Assembly: GCA_951406725.2 (NCBI GenBank)
Contig: OX597828.1
Span: 55,180,001 to 55,244,000, forward strand
From: Octopus vulgaris
Lineage: Eukaryota
Length of the DNA: 64,000 nt
Direction: 5' to 3'
How positions within the stretch are numbered: the stretch's first letter is position 1; each line of letters starts with the position of its first letter. This document shows positions 52,714-64,000 of this stretch, in pieces. The position numbers were made by a program, and so were the translations under genes. Under the pieces are notes generated by a model, which was given only the letters and a program-made list of their open reading frames with translations, searched no databases and was not told the DNA's origin.

Positions 52714-52879
52714 AGGAGTGGCTGTGTGGTAAGTAACTTGTTTACCAACCACATGGTTCTGGGTTCAGTCCCACTGCGTGGCACCTTGGGTAAGTGTCTT
52801 CTACTATAGCCTCGGGCCGACCAGAGCCTTGTGAGTGGATTTGGTAGATGGAAACTGAAAGAAGCCCGCCGTATATATG

Positions 52880-52910
<31 letters not shown>

Positions 52911-53118
52911 TTGTGTGTCTGTGTTTGTCCCCGTAGCATTGCTTGACAACCGATGCTGGTGTATTTACGTCCCCTTACTTAGCGGTTCGGCAAAAGAGAC
53001 CGATAGAATAAGTACTGGGCTTACAAAAGAATAAGTCCCGGGGTTGAATTGCTCGATTAAAGGCGGTGCTCCAGCATGGCCGCAGTCAAATGACTGAAAC
53101 AAGTAAAAGAGTAAAGAG
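52714..53118 (+). mobile_element. SINE family A, full length
   Basis: Complete head, CORE-like motif and 3' tail. Confidence 0.92.
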
Positions 53119-53269
53119 AGATATATATATGATCTTGGTTCCTGCTCTGTGTTATTTTGATTGATGGCATGCAGTTTGGTTTTGGTCCCCGTCACTGACC
53201 TTCTTAATATGAACTCTAAATGTCTCTGAGTGTCCCCAGCTCCCAATGCAATCGTCGCTTTGAGAAGGA

Positions 53270-54232
53270 ACAAAGGAAATCAGTTAAGAAGCCATGGGTG
53301 ACAGAAGAAATGTTTGGAAAGATGGAAGAGAGCAGACAGTAGAAGATAAACTCTGCAAAAGGAGAGAGGACGTGTAGTAAAATTATCAATGAGCTGAGAA
53401 GAGAAATAAATCGTGCTGGAAGGAAATACTGAAGAGATGCGTGTAAGGAAATACTGAAGAGATGCGTGTAAGGAAATAAAAGAGATGGAAAGAGCTGGGT
53501 TAATGAACAGACTGTATCAAAAGGGGAAGAAACTCAATTGGGCCAACAACAGTGCACAAAAGACCATGAATATCCTCAACAAGCAAAGTGAAACCGTAAC
53601 TAAATCAGATGAAGTCAGCAAGAGGTGGGAAGAGTATATTGAAGATCCCAACTTTAATGATAACAAACCTCGAGCGATTCCCATGGAATATGACAGGGAG
53701 CCTTTGGACTGTGTGACAAGCAGGTAAGGAAAGATCTTAAGAAGGGTAAAAATGAAAGGAAAGATTGGATATCTGCAGAGATACAGAGTTCAGAAGTGAT
53801 ACAGGTGCTGATGAGCCTATGCAAAAAAAGTCTACAAATCTGGTATATGGTCATAAAAATTTTTGAAAAGCATCATATTGCCCCTCCAGGAAAAAAAGGC
53901 CAATGGCCAGAAATGTGAAGGTCACCGCAAAATCAACCTCATATCCCATGTATCCAAAACTGAGGGCCAAAGCAGAGGGATTCATCAGGAGAGACCAATT
54001 TGGTTTCAAGAAACGGATGTGGACGAGAGAGGCAATCACTGTTGAGAGAACTTTAGGAGAGTAGAGCGTTAAGATTGATCAGAAAGTCTTTGTTGACTAT
54101 GAGTAAGCTGTCTATGGACTTGATTGGAAAAAAAAACCTGATGAGTTTACTCAAAAATCTGGGAGTAGATTAGAGAGAAAGGTGACTGACACAGTGGATT
54201 TGATAGACGGAAACTGAAAGAAGCCCGTCGTA

Positions 54233-54275
<43 letters not shown>

Positions 54276-54870
54276 GTGTGTTTGTGTTTGTCCTCCCAAC
54301 ATCGCTTGATAACCGATGCTGGTGTGCTTATGTCCCCGTAACTTAGCGGTTCGGCAAAAGAGGCCGATAGTATATTTGCTCGACTAAAGGCGGTGCTCTA
54401 GCATGGCCACAGTCAAATGACTGAAACAAGTAAAAGAGTAAAAGAGTACTATTCACCAAAGGCCTGAAGAATGACCCGAAGAAAAGCTGGCGAAAACACA
54501 AGCAAGGAGCTTGCTACTCAGAAACGGGACCCATCAAGAAGATTAGGAAACTGGAGAGATGTGAAATGTAGTTCTGGGACAAATGGAGAAAAAAATATGT
54601 TGTACTATCCATGTGGAGCAACAAAGAAGGGCTTAGAAGAATTGGAGGTGTAATGTTTGATGGATGCCATGTGAAGAAATATTATGAGGTCAGAGAGGCT
54701 TCTATGCCCAGTGATAAAGGGGAGATGCAGAAAAAACCAAGAGAGAGAGAAGAGCGATGATGGTGGAGCATATTCCGCAGAGGACGCCATACTAGTCAGT
54801 GAAGGGGACAGCGCGGTTAAGGGACTGCTGGAGAAGGTTCAAATGCACAGGACCTGCCCATCCTGTGATA
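53270..54870 (+). mobile_element. Decayed RTE-clade LINE, interrupted by a SINE A fragment (54193-54447)
   Basis: KKPWVTEEM, KRWEEYIE, HRKINLISH, degenerate FVDYE*A..DW, LLCPVIKGR, terminal RTC. Confidence 0.75.
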
Positions 54871-54873
54871 TAC

Positions 54874-54942
<69 letters not shown>

Positions 54943-55072
54943 AGTGTGTATGTTTGTGTGTGTGTGCGTGTGTGTGAGTGTGTATGTATGTGTGTATTTG
55001 TATATATATATATGTGCGTGTGTGTATGTATATATGTACATACATACATACGTACGTATGTATGTATGTATG

Positions 55073-55141
<69 letters not shown>

Positions 55142-55746
55142 GCATCTATATCTATCAATCTTTCCATCTACTTATATATTTATATAAAATTGTGTAGCCG
55201 CATACGAAGACACACACACATACGCATATTCTTTTTACATATACCGGTATACAGGCGTATACGGATGGAAATATATAATACTCACAGAAATAATTAAAAT
55301 AAGAATTGTGGAAAAAAAAACCCAGCTACCAAACAGAGAAATATACTTCCCATCAGAGTAATTAAATATAATACGGCGTATCATGTAACTAAATATAACA
55401 AAATATATTAAAAAAAACCCTAAAAACAAAAGTCAAGCAATATCGTTTATGTCAGAGAACAAAAATAGACTTCCAGAAATTTCTACACAAGAATTCATAG
55501 CATCATTTAAACCATATGCCGTTTACGTTTAAAAGAAAGAACAAATATATCTTGTTCACAACTCGCTTTATTCCAGCGTTCAGATTAAGGATGATGGTGG
55601 GATGGGGGGCTTCTTTCGTTTGTTTTCTGTCTTATTTTATGTAAACGGTAGGGTTTTTTCAGAGGCAAGCATTAATTTCGTGTCGAAAAAGAAAATGATT
55701 TTTTTTATGCCTAATGTGTAGAAGCAAGATATGTATTGCTATAATT

Positions 55747-55817
<71 letters not shown>

Positions 55818-56689
55818 TGTATGTATGCATGTATATAGGGATAAATTATCCGGGCGGGTACCGTAAGAGTTCTCAAGTATAGGTATAGGCCAGGTTCTAA
55901 CTAACTGCACCGAGAATCGCTTAGGGTGGAGCAATCCCCCGTAATTCTTCTGATGGGTAAATCCGGGTTCGCTTCGCTGGATTATGAATATTTTCGGGAG
56001 TGTAAATCCAGAACAGTTACAAAGAATACGGAGACTGGTACATTTTCACAATTTTTCTCTCAATCTGACAGTTAACTATACAGCATAATTAGTTAGTTAA
56101 AATGACCGATACATGTATCGGATGCATACCGTGTGTGCAGTTGCGTATGCGACCCGCAATATTCTACTACGCACCTTCATTCAAGATCTTTCTGCAAGCG
56201 TGGTCCGAAGCGAACTGAGTTTATTTATGCGTGGCTTGCTTATTTTATTATTCTGTTGTGGTTTAAGATACAAAAGGATATAATTATAAAATTTACTTCG
56301 TATCTGACCTCATGTTAACGAAACTGAGAGTTCTAAACATTAAATTCGGTCGAAGTGTACTCGTATCTGAGTGTAATAATATAGCTTCAGCTATGAATTA
56401 AAAGAGATTGAATAAAAACAAATTAAATTTATCTAAATTAATCGAAGAAATCATGTCATCTATAGGTAAGGTGTCCATATGAAAGGTGTACTTGTTAACT
56501 GGGTTTTAGACTATATGGAAGTTACCGTGTCCTGTATGTGATGCAATAAATTGTAAAAAAATACATTTTGAGCTAGTGATAAGAACGATAACCAGTCGAA
56601 TGTTAAACCAGACACAGTCCCGATACTTACCTCCTAAATTCAGGCACTGCTGAGAAAGGGCCCAAATAAGGCAGCTCAAATACAGAATT

Positions 56690-58245
56690 TTAGACCCATA
56701 ACGCTGCTGAATGTAAATTTCAAAATTTGGGCCAAGGTGTTAGCAAAGAGGTTGACTCTTGTCGAGGGAATGATGCGCAAACATGCGCCATCCCAAGCAG
56801 ATCCATCCGCGACAACCTCGACCTCATGAGAATCTCACCCAGAAACCGGCCAACAGAAAGCTATTTCTGAAAGTTCGGGTGCCGTGACATGCCCCGGTTT
56901 ACATCTGACCAATTTGAGCGCAGTCTTCCACTTTCTGTTGAAAGGACGCACTCCACTGGTCAGGTACTGTATTTGCTGTCCACGTCCGCAGAATGGAAAA
57001 CTGGGTACGACGTGGCTGCTGATGCGCTTAAGCTGCGGCATCTCTAGCACTTCCTTGACAGTGAACACTTGAGGCCGCCAATTGTCAGACTCGCTTCTCT
57101 ACAGCTCGTCACTTTCACTGAATAGCAGTCTTAGATCAAGCATAGACCAAGGCAAGGCACCTGGCACCTTGAGTATCATCAGGCGCTCACACTCCTCTGT
57201 CACTCTGCCAATGCAGTTGGCAGAAGTTCCATTTTGGCGTTCTATAGAGGGTTAGTGGCTGGCGAGTGCGACGACGTTCTCAAGGAGTCTCTCGGCGTCG
57301 ACGACAATCATCTGACTGATATCTCTCGGGGGACTTTCAGGTCGGGACCTATGGATAATTTCCAGAAATCTTTGGCGTGGCAATGTACCGGTGCGCATTG
57401 CCGCTTGTGGATAAAATCTACAGGCATGGATGTGTCGTCAGCAGAGCTTGCACGAGATGCATGCCGGGTGACGAAACTCTTTTGCACCCTTCCGTCCATT
57501 GCCCGAGCATTGCTGACTTGTGGGTTTATGTCGAACACCTGCTGTCATGTACAGCAGTGCTTCTCAACGTACCTGACGTAGTGTACTGGGATCCTTTTTC
57601 TAATGTGCCAGGGACCGGCATTATTTCTTAGTAATAGTAATTTATAACGGAAGCAATATATATAATGAATATAATAAAAGTTGACAATTTTGTTTTTATC
57701 CTATATTTATTTTGTAAACAAATAATACAATATTACATAAGCTGATAAGTTGTTTACTGCAGTGCATAAGGCAAAATTACTGAAATTATGATATTGTTTC
57801 TTTCTTTTCTGGGAACTCACCGTGTACTGGTACCGGTCCGCGGACCACCACTTTGAGTAGCACTGACATATAGGACGGACCCGGCTATCGGCTGCTTCCA
57901 ATGTGAAGATTGACATACCAACTTCCTTTGGCTTGGAAGTGTAGGCAGTGTTTCTTTGTCTGGTGGCCTAAGCTAAAGAGAGTTGTGTGATGGTTCACAT
58001 TGAAAAGGCTGAGGCAAAAACTTTCTTCTTTAGACAATCCCTCATGAAGTTATTCAAGATTCATTCGTAAAGGAAAGTGAGAGTAGAGGGCGAAGTGCTG
58101 CCTCCCAGAAATTACGTTACAAGGAGGGTGAATGTTGCAAGACTGGTCTGAGTGAACCTGTAGGTTGAAGGGGAACATTGTGGAGAGGGAACTAGTGGTC
58201 AGGGCGACTGAGGTTTAGTGGACTCTCCACGAGCAACCACTAAGA
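56690..58245 (+). mobile_element. Decayed Tx1/L1-like LINE fragments, interrupted by a hAT MITE
   Basis: LLNVNFKIWAKVLAKRL, QTCAIPSRSIRDNL, CTRCMPGDETLLH..HCP..DLW. Confidence 0.75.
57555..57865. mobile_element. hAT (Charlie/MER5-type) MITE
   Basis: TIRs CAGTGCTTCTCAA / TTGAGTAGCACTG; decayed 8-bp TSD ATGTACAG / ACATATAG. Confidence 0.8.
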
Positions 58246-58289
58246 AGCTTCCTTCTTTTGGAGAATTTTTCGTTGTTACTCTTAATATA

Positions 58290-58454
58290 GGCGCAGGAGT
58301 GGCTGTGTGGTAAGTAGCTTGCTAACCAACCACATGGTTCCGGGTTCAGTCCCACTGCGTGGCACTTTGGGCAAGTGTCTTCTGCTATAGCCCCGGGCCG
58401 ACCAATGCCTTGTGAGTGGATTTGGTAGACGGAAACTGAAAGAAGCCCTTCGTA

Positions 58455-58539
<85 letters not shown>

Positions 58540-58733
58540 TTGTGTGTCTGTGTTTGTCCCCCTAGCATTACTTGACAACCGATGCTGGTGTGTTTACGTC
58601 CCCGTTACCTAGCGGTTCGGCAAAAGAGATCGATAGAATAAGTCCCGGGGTCGATTTGCTCGACTAAAGGCGGTGCTCCAGCATTGCCGCAGTCAAATGA
58701 CTGAAACAAGTAAAAGAGTAAAAGAATAAAGAG
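58290..58733 (+). mobile_element. SINE family A
   Basis: GGCGCAGGAGTGGCTGTGTGG...GACTGAAACAAGTAAAAGAG. Confidence 0.92.
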
Positions 58734-58751
58734 TAATATATATATATTCGT

Positions 58752-59087
58752 TCAGGAGGTCGACGGTCGCCCTGAATGAAGTTGGTTATCAAGTGACAAG
58801 CGACCATTTCTAAAGCGTGAAATCCACTCGTAAACTTGTGCTTTACTCAGTGCAGCATCTTTGTAAGCCATTTGAAACATGATAACTGTTTCGGCCACCG
58901 TTTCCCCCAGCAGAAAACAAAATTTCATGGAAGCAGGCTGTTCCTTTGTTTCAGCCATCGCAAAAATCGACGTCGGTCAGCAGACTGATGCCGTGTGGTT
59001 GCATCAAGTCGCTTCTAGCGCCAAAGCCTGAACTGCGACGGGTTTGTCCCGTCGAGAACGTTTCCGATTATTTTTGGTTACCTTCAC

Positions 59088-59090
<3 letters not shown>
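58752..59090 (-). mobile_element. Mariner 5' end with transposase N-terminus
   Basis: EQPASMKFCFLLGETVAET..AYKDAALSKAQVYEWISRFRNGRLSLDNQLHSGRPSTS; TIR abuts (TA)n. Confidence 0.85.
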
Positions 59091-59127
<37 letters not shown>

Positions 59128-59182
59128 CAATGATAAATCTCAGAGCGAGTTACATACATAGGCTTTTATGTAGACGTATATG

Positions 59183-59237
<55 letters not shown>

Positions 59238-59346
59238 CTATATATGTGTGTGTGCGTGTGTGAGTGTGTGTGTATGTGTGCGTTTATTATATATACGCAA
59301 CTGTATAATACATATATGTATATAATGCATATACATTTATAAGCAA

Positions 59347-59640
59347 AGGCGTGACTCTGGTAGTAAGAAGCTTGCTTCCCAACCACGTGGTTCGGATTCC
59401 GTTCCACTGTGTGGCACCTTGGGCAAGTGTCTTGGACTATAGCCTGGGGCAATGTCGCCGGGCTATCGTTTGACAAGCGATGCTGCTGTATGTCCTTGTA
59501 ACTTTGCAGTTCAGCAAAAGAAACCGATATAAGTACCAGGCTTGCAAAAAATAAATCTCGGGGCTGATTCCTTCGACTAAAGACCTTTAACGCGGTGCAC
59601 CAGCATGGCCGCAGTCAAATGACTGAAACAAGTAAAAGTA
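59347..59640 (+). mobile_element. SINE family A with internal deletion
   Basis: Head and 3' tail are present. Confidence 0.8.
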
Positions 59641-59669
59641 TACAAGCACAGATACACATACACACATGC

Positions 59670-59700
<31 letters not shown>

Positions 59701-59819
59701 CATATATATATATATATATAACGGGAAGCTTTATGAAAATAGACAAAAGACGAAGGCAGGTTTACGGAAATAAACAAAAGACGCACACATACACACACAT
59801 ATGTATATATATATATATA

Positions 59820-59985
59820 GGCGCAGGAGTGGCTGTGTGGTAAGTAGCTTGCTAACCAACCACATGGTTCCGGATTCAGTCCCACTGCGTGGCATCTTGG
59901 GCAAGTGTCTTCTGGTATAGCCTCAGGTTGACCAATGCCTTGTGAGTGGATTTGGTAGACGGAAACTGAAAGAAGCCTGTCGTGC

Positions 59986-60041
<56 letters not shown>

Positions 60042-60262
60042 ATGTTTGTGTGTCTGTGTTTGTTCCCCTAGCATTGCTTGACAACCGATGCTGGTGTGTT
60101 TACGCCCCCGTTACCTAACGGTTCGGCAAAAGAGACCGATAGAATAAGTACTGGGCTTACAAAGAATAAGTCCTGGGGTAGATTTGCTCGACTAAAGGCG
60201 GTGCACCAGCATGGCCGCAGTCAAATGACTGAAACAAGTAAAAGAGTAAAAGAGAAAGAGAG
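59820..60262 (+). mobile_element. SINE family A, full length
   Basis: Complete consensus. Confidence 0.92.
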
Positions 60263-60632
60263 TATATATATATATACACACACACACACACGTACGCATA
60301 TCCCCAACCTACACACACACCTTGCTCGTGGTCGCAAGTGGTAGTTGTCTACCCACAACCTATACATATTGTGATTTATGAGAGAATAACAGATGAGCAG
60401 CGACATAGTGAAGTGGATTTCTGGCGATAAGAAAGTCTCCTGCCAAAAGTTGTCTGCTATTAATTCCTTATAGCCACATGTCTCTGCTGTGATCGGTGTC
60501 AGATAACTTCATACACTCACAGATTTAAACATACATACACACACACATACATACATACCATACATACATACATACATACATACATACATACATACATACA
60601 TGCATGCATGCATGCATACATACATACATACA

Positions 60633-60668
<36 letters not shown>

Positions 60669-60704
60669 TATATATACACATATATAATGTATATATATAC
60701 ACAT

Positions 60705-60736
<32 letters not shown>

Positions 60737-60737
60737 G

Positions 60738-60790
<53 letters not shown>

Positions 60791-60921
60791 CATTATATAT
60801 ATACATATATAATGTATATATATACACATATACATACATACATACATACATATATATATATATGTATGTATGTATATATATATATATATGCATATATACA
60901 TGCGTATATGTACATACATCT

Positions 60922-60994
<73 letters not shown>

Positions 60995-61264
60995 TATAGA
61001 TAGATAGATAGATTATATAGATAGAGAGGAACAGCTGGCGCAAGTCTTCCTGTCTAAAAAGCTAAGTATTAAAATATTCATACACGCATAATAAACAGCG
61101 TTTATGGCTTCCGACCTGGAGTTGTTTAGCATGTCATCTTATCGGAATTTTAAATCTAACTCCGATATGCTTAGACTTGATATATGGAATGATTATTAAA
61201 CTTTATTGATCAATTATCGAATCATTGGTATTTTCTATATAAGACTTGTTTATGTTATAAACAA

Positions 61265-61315
61265 GACAATTGCTTGTACATCGATGTCTTGGTTGATCAA
61301 CGAGGTTGTCTGGTG

Positions 61316-61381
<66 letters not shown>

Positions 61382-61770
61382 TCCCTGATTGGTTGAGCCC
61401 TGTCGACTTTTTCAAGTTTCACTTGAAAAGGAAAATGTGAGGATGGGGAGAGAGGTTCTGTCCTCGAGTTAATTTATTGCAAGTTGGGTGAAAGTTGCGA
61501 AAATGGCAAGAGTGGTCGGAACCGACCTAAGTGAAAGCCTGTAGGTCGGAGGAAAGAAAATGATATTCTGAGAGATCTTGGATAGTGGGGGTTCCTCGAT
61601 TATCCCCAGAGGTCCTCCAGCATCAGGAGGATCCCATCACTATCATTTTTCTCTCTCTATGTATATTTCCCTTCCTTTAATGTATACCGTCTATACTTTT
61701 CTTTTCCCTTTTTTTTTCTCATTACATTATATGTAGCTCATCCGCACTTCGAGTCTGTCTTTGTATTGTT
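61265..61770 (+). mobile_element. Tx1/L1-like LINE 3' end fragment
   Basis: GACTTTTTCAAGTTTCACTTGAAAAGGAAA matches 63632-63660 and 58040-58080. Confidence 0.65.
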
Positions 61771-61804
61771 CCCTTCATCCTTCACCCTGGTGACAAATAA
61801 AAGA

Positions 61805-62240
<436 letters not shown>

Positions 62241-62241
62241 T

Positions 62242-63290
62242 TTGACTTGACTCAGGTTCAGTCTTACTCCTGGCAGGATTTATGTGAGGAGCGGGTTACT
62301 ACACGAAACCTTACGTATCCACTAGCTTTTAATAGACTTTCAGGTGCTTAAAACCCTCCAGATAATCTTTTTTGTCCTTAAGTGGCAAACTTTCTATAAA
62401 AGCACTGCAGGACATTCCCTTCGAATCTCCTTCAACCATTTGTCTATATCTTCACTTACAGTTCCCAATGCACTAATTATTATAATTATTAGGCACAACG
62501 TTTACATTCTTCATATTCCAAATTCCTGTAATTTCAAATTTTAAGGGATTGTATTTCTTTTGTTCTTCGTCTTCTTTCTGTACGATCCTGGAATCAAACC
62601 GGCATTATAGATCAATAAGGGAGCAACTTTGTTTTTCCTTGTCTATTATTGTCATGTCTGATCTATTATTTTCTAGCTTCCTGTCCGTTTGGATAGGAAA
62701 ATCCCACAAAATCTTACAATTCTCCGACTCCAGCACTCTTTTGACTGATGCTCATTCTATGTGTCTCCAACTTCAAATATATATTCCTGGCAAAGCTTCC
62801 AGTGTAAAGATTTTACAACTTTATCATGCCTCCATTTCTTATATTTCTCCTGTGCAAGTTTGAGACATTTTGCAACAGTATGTGTCACTCTTTCGTTCCA
62901 AGTTCCACAGATTCTACGTTTTTTCTGACACATTTTCCCCTATACATTTTTTCAAGTTGTTTGTTTTTATCGCTTGATCTGGGCTGCTACAATTAGGCCC
63001 TTTGTTTCTTTTTTTATAAATTCTCTTTTTTTTTTACCCAAGCCCAAGATTTATTCCACGTACATTTCCAGTGGCTTCCCAAAATTGGCCATGCAGAGGT
63101 TTCTCTTTAATCAGTCTAACGTACTCTCTTTGAATTTCATCCTTGTCCTTTTATCTTATTCTGTACTGGATCATCTGTTCCTTATCCACTGTCTTTAATA
63201 GTCTCTCTCAGTGCTGTTATGTAAATATTCTAGTAGACTTTTTTCTTTCCTTCTGTACACACTATTCCACAGGTCGAATATTTGATGTCA
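62242..63290 (-). mobile_element. Second Dong/R4-like RLE retrotransposon remnant, with its 3' end in (TAA)n
   Basis: Minus strand reads ILWDFPIQTDRKLENNRSDMTIIDK..LIDL..FDSRIVQKEDEEQKKY. Confidence 0.75.
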
Positions 63291-63309
63291 AGTAACCCTT
63301 CAAGGGATG

Positions 63310-63700
63310 CTTGAGACATACCAGCGTTCGTCCACTTATGTGCTGTCAGACGGGCTTGTCCAAGGTGTGCACAGAGTGACGAAACCGTTCTGCGTGCCCT
63401 CGTTCAGTGTCCGGGCATTGCTGATTTGTGGGGTTGTGCCGAACAGCTGCTGTCACGTGTGGGACGGATTCGACTATCGGCTGAGTCTGTAGTGATGACT
63501 GCTCCGCCGTCCTCCTTCAGTCTGGCAGAAAAGGCAGTTTCTCTTTGCCTGGTGGCCGTGGCCAAAGAGACTCGTGGACAAGGCCGAAAGGCATGAGGAC
63601 AGATACATTCCTCTTTGGTAGAGCTCTCATTGACTTCTTCAAGTTCCACTTGAAAAGGAAATTGAGGGTAGAGAGGGAAGTACTGTCCTCGAGTGATTCC
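63310..63700 (+). mobile_element. Tx1/L1-like LINE 3' fragment
   Basis: Homologous to 57440-57550 and 57870-58110; DFFKFHLKRKLRVEREVL. Confidence 0.7.
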
Positions 63701-64000
63701 TCACCCAAAATGTCAGGCTTTGATCCGATAATCTTATAATAATTCTACTTGTCATTATGTTACTTAGCCCATTAGTAACGCTTTCATGTGATTAGAAAAA
63801 ATGAGGGAGAAAGAAAAGAGGGAGAGAGAAAAAGAGGATTAGACGAAGAGTGAGGCAGAAAGAGAGAGAAAGTAAAAGAGAGAGAAAAAAGGGAGAGAGA
63901 AGCGTCCATGACACGTGGTAGGGAGAACGTAATCTTTATTACGTGGTTAAAAAAGGTAGTTGAAAGTAGTGATATAGAGGAGAGTTATGAATATAACTTT

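Noticed and set aside
52714-52790. SINE heads as real tRNA genes
   Set aside because: A/B boxes are present but there is no full cloverleaf, and they are fused to SINE bodies.

Overview
Repeat-dense, AT-rich eukaryotic DNA with very abundant (TA)n, (CA)n, (TACA)n, (GATA)n and trinucleotide microsatellites. The SINE and microsatellite content looks like an octopus/coleoid cephalopod genome (inference). I find no credible host gene, and almost all listed ORFs are microsatellite artefacts. The window is a graveyard of mobile elements: several tRNA-derived SINE families, decayed LINEs (CR1-like, RTE, two Dong/R4-like, Tx1/L1-like), mariner fragments, hAT and GG..CC MITEs, a foldback element and a Helitron-like inverted duplication. 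The standout feature is a 3.4-kb array (12649-16049) of about 6.4 apparently identical 534-bp non-coding units inserted in (TA)n. Each unit carries a complete type I hammerhead ribozyme with a palindromic stem III, which fits a retrozyme-like or Penelope-terminal-repeat concatemer. Several other minimal or degenerate hammerhead motifs are scattered through the window. Coordinates were read by eye, so the ends of decayed elements are approximate.
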